This document shows, piece after piece, positions 60,401 to 64,000 of a stretch of 64,000 nucleotides of DNA; the first letter of the stretch is position 1, and each line of letters opens with the position of its first letter. The position numbers were made by a program, and so were the translations under genes. The notes below the pieces were generated by a model. That model ran no database searches. It was given only the letters and a program-made list of their open reading frames with translations, and had not been told where the DNA came from. Source of the stretch: Eledone cirrhosa (taxonomy: Eukaryota); contig OZ024746.1 of assembly GCA_964016885.1 (NCBI GenBank), forward strand, positions 39,928,001 to 39,992,000. The letters are read 5' to 3'.

Positions 60401-62228
60401 TGGTGGTGATGATGGTGATGGTGGTGATGGTGGTGATGGTGGTGGTGGTGGTGATGGTGGTGATGGTGGTGAGGTGGTGATGGTGGTGATGGTGGTGATG
60501 GTGGTGATGGTGGTGATGTGATGGTGGTGGTGGTGGTGATGGTGGTGATGTGGTGATGGTGTGTGGTGGTGATGGTGGTGGTGGTGGTGATGGTGTGATG
60601 GTGGTGATGTGGTGGTGGTGGTGATGGTAGTATGGTGTGATGGTGGTGATGGTGGTGGTGGTGGTGATGGTGGTGATGGTGGTGATGGTGGTGATGTGGT
60701 GAAGGTGGTGGTGGTGGTGATGGTGGTGATGGTGGTGATGGTGGTGGTGGTGATGGTAGTGATGGTGGTGATGGTGGTGATGATGGTGATGGTGGTGATG
60801 GTGGTGATGGTGGTGATGGTGGTGGTGGTGGTGATGGTGGTGATGGTGGTGATGTGTGGTGGTGGTGATGTAGTGATGGTGGTGATGATGGTGTGATGGT
60901 GGTGATGGTGGTGATGGTGGTGATGGTGGTGTGGTGGTGATGGTGGTGTGGTGATGGTGGTGATGGTGGTGATGGTGGTGATGGTGGTGGTGGTGGTGGT
61001 GTGGTAGTGATGGTGGTGATGGTGGTGATAGTGGTGATGGTGGTGATGGTGGTGATGGTGGTGATGGTGGTGGTGGTGGTGATGGTGGTGATGATGGTGT
61101 GATGGTGATGGTGGTGATGGTGGTGTGGTGGTGATGGTGGTGATGGTGGTGATGGTGTGGTGGTGGTGATGGTAGTGATGGTGGTGATGGTGGTGATGAT
61201 GGTGATGGTGTGATGGTGGTAGATGGTGGTGATGGTGGTGGTGGTGGTGATGGTGGTGATGGTGGTGATGGTAGGTGATGGTGGTGATGGTGGTGATGGT
61301 GGTGGTGGTGGTGATGGTGTGGTGATGGTGGTGATGGTGGTGATGGTGGTGCATGGTGAGGTTGTGAGGTGAGGTGTGATGGTGAGATGTGGAGGTGGTG
61401 GTGATGGTAGTGATGGTGGTGCTGGTGGTGATGAGGTGATGGTGGAGATGTTGGTGAAGGTGGTGATGGTGGTGGTGGTGGTGATGGTGGTGATGGTGGT
61501 GATGGTGTGGTGGTGGTGATGGTAGTGATGGTGGCTGATGGTAGGTGATGATCTGGTGATGGTGGTGATGGTGGTGATGGTGGTGATGGTGGTGGTGGTG
61601 GTGATGAGTGGTGATGGTGGTGATGGTGGTGATGGTGGTGATGGTGGTGGTGGTGGTGATGGTGGTGATGGTGGTGATGGTGGTGGTGGTGGTGATGGTA
61701 GTGATGGTGGTGATGGTGGTGATAGTGGTGATGGTGGTGATGGTGGTGATGGTGGTGATAGTGGTGATGGTGGTGATGGTGGTGATGGTAATGATGGTGA
61801 TGGTGGTGATGATGGTGATGGTGGTGATGGTGGTGATGATGGTACTGATGATGATGTAATGATGGTGATGATGGTACTGATGGAGATGATGGTGATGATG
61901 GTGATGAGGATGATAAGGATGATGGTGGTGATGGTAATGATGGTGATGATGTTGATGATGATGATGATGATGATGTCCATTTTGACGCGATGATAGTGAT
62001 GATTGTAATGATGGTAATGTTGGTGATGATGATGATGAGGAGGAGGAGGAGGAGGAGGAGGAGGAGGAGGAGGGCGAGGGCGAGGAGGAGGATAGTGATG
62101 GTAATGATGGTGATGATGTTGATGATGATGTATGGTGGTGGTGGTGGTGGTGGTGGTGGCGATGTTGGTGATGTGGTGATAGTGATGACAGTGATGATTG
62201 TAATGATGGTAACGATGGTGATGATGAC

Positions 62229-62263
<35 letters not shown>

Positions 62264-62420
62264 CGTTGACGATGGTGATCGTGATGAAGTTGTTGATGAT
62301 GATCGATATAATTTTAATGATGGTGGTTTTGGTGATGATGATGATGATGACGATGACGATGGCTATGATGACCGCGATGAAGTTGTTGTTCTTGACGACG
62401 ACGACGACGACGACGACGAC
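57470..62420. repeat. ~5-kb (GGT/GAT)n trinucleotide satellite, dominant 9-mer gatggtggt
   Basis: Directly visible; phase is kept to ~59850 and then breaks frequently; source of spurious poly-His/Val-Met ORFs. Confidence 0.95.
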
Positions 62421-62609
62421 GGTATGCTATCCAGACGACATAACCTACGTCTTATGGTCTTTAAGTAGATGTAAAACATACCTCGTGCTTTTAAAAGTTT
62501 CTATTCCAGGCAAAATGTCTGCTAAAAGGACTTGGAAGTAGAAAATGTATCCAGTAAGTCTTCCAAATATGAAGCCATTGAGAGTCTGGTAAAAGTGTGA
62601 GCTGCTCCT

Positions 62610-62734
62610 ATTGTTGTTGTTGTTGTTGTTAGTGGTGGTGGTGGTGATGGTGGTGATGGTGATGGCGGCGGTGGTGGTGGTGGCGGTGGTGGTAGTGCTG
62701 GTGCTGGAAGGCGGACAAGAAAATAATCTGGAAC

Positions 62735-62813
<79 letters not shown>

Positions 62814-62819
62814 TTGATG

Positions 62820-62864
<45 letters not shown>

Positions 62865-62870
62865 TTAATG

Positions 62871-62935
<65 letters not shown>

Positions 62936-63514
62936 GGTGGTGGTGGTGGTGGTAGTAGTAGTAGTGGCGATAGTAATCATCATAATGATGATGGTAATAA
63001 TTGTTTCTACGTTAGGCACAAGACCAGAAATTACCCAGTGCATTACTGGTACTTTATTTTATCGACCCCGTAAGGATGAAAGGCAAAGTCAACCTCGGCG
63101 GGATTTGAACTCAGATCGTAAAGGGACGTAACTACGAGATGATGGTAATAATGATTTCTGATTTAGGCACAAGGGAAACAATTTTGGGGGAGGGGAAAAT
63201 TGATTCCGATACTGCCAATACACCGCCCTTTCCCTGCCTTAATAACAATTGCATTGTAGAGTGACTTATGTGTAGTAGTAGTAGTAGTAGTAGGTGGTGG
63301 TGGTGGTGGTGGTGGTGGTGGTGGTGGTATTGGCAGGGGTTTTGGTGGTGGTGGTGGTAGCAGTAGCAGTAGCAGCAGCAGTAGCAGTAGCAGCAGCAGC
63401 AGTAGTAGTAGTGGTGGTGGTGGTGGTGGTGGTGGTGGTGGTGGTGGTTTTGGTAATGGTGGTGGTAGCAACAGCAGCAGCAGTAGCAGCAGCAGCAGTA
63501 GCAGTAGCAGTACT

Positions 63515-63561
<47 letters not shown>

Positions 63562-63890
63562 TAATAGTAGTAGTAGTAGCAGCAGCAGCAGCAACATTAG
63601 TAGTAGCAGTAGTAGTAGTAGCAGCAGTAGTAGTAGTAGTAGCAGCAGCAGCAGCAGCAACATTAGTAGTAGCAGCAGTAGTAGTAGCAGCAGCAGTAGT
63701 AGTAGTAGTAGTAGCAGCAGCAGCAGCAACATTAGTAGTAGCAGCAGTAGTAGTAGTAGCAGCAGTAGTAGTAGTAGTAGTAGTAGCAGCAGCAGCAGCA
63801 ACATTAGTAGTAGCAGCAGTAGTAGTAGTAGCAGCAGCAGTAGTAGTAGTAGTAGCAGCAGCAGTAGCAGCAGCAGTAGTAGTAGGTGAT
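62610..63890. repeat. (GTA)n/(GGT)n/(GCA)n compound repeats interrupted by a SINE A copy
   Basis: Directly visible; SINE at ~63000-63135 (-). Confidence 0.9.
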
Positions 63891-64000
63891 GGTTCTGATA
63901 ATGGCGGTGTATTGTAAAGATTAGTTACGGTGGACGTTTTCGTTCGGTCGATTAACGATTAGTGTTGCGAAGGGCTTGCTGGCTTTTTACTCTGATTTAT

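Noticed and set aside
57417-62541. Long ORFs (1503, 930, 830 and 382 aa) of poly-His, Pro-Ser or Val-Met
   Set aside because: By-products of a stop-free trinucleotide satellite that is open in several frames at once.

Overview
Repeat-dominated, AT-rich eukaryotic DNA; the microsatellite load and SINE repertoire suggest a cephalopod (Octopus-like) genome, which is inference. No intact host protein-coding gene is evident, and most entries in the ORF track are microsatellite artefacts. The window opens with a young-looking Tx1/L1-clade LINE (intact ORF1, open ORF2) sitting in (GATA)n. The main signal is a hammerhead-ribozyme (HHR) retroelement system targeted to (AT)n. A 5.2-kb array of 310-bp monomers at 15058-20247 carries 17 minimal type I HHRs in two inverted arms and looks like a retrozyme. 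More than a dozen short palindromic or tailed inserts from several families also carry minimal HHRs, some with a compensatory U3-A8 core. Two Neptune-type Penelope-like element (PLE) remnants are present (RT at ~26.0-26.5 kb; zinc finger plus GIY-YIG at 52.8-53.5 kb), and the second has the same inverted, HHR-bearing terminal repeat and tail architecture. Other content includes RTE fragments, tRNA-derived SINEs, a hAT-like element carrying two convergent tRNA-like promoters, a Helitron, MITEs and very long simple repeats.
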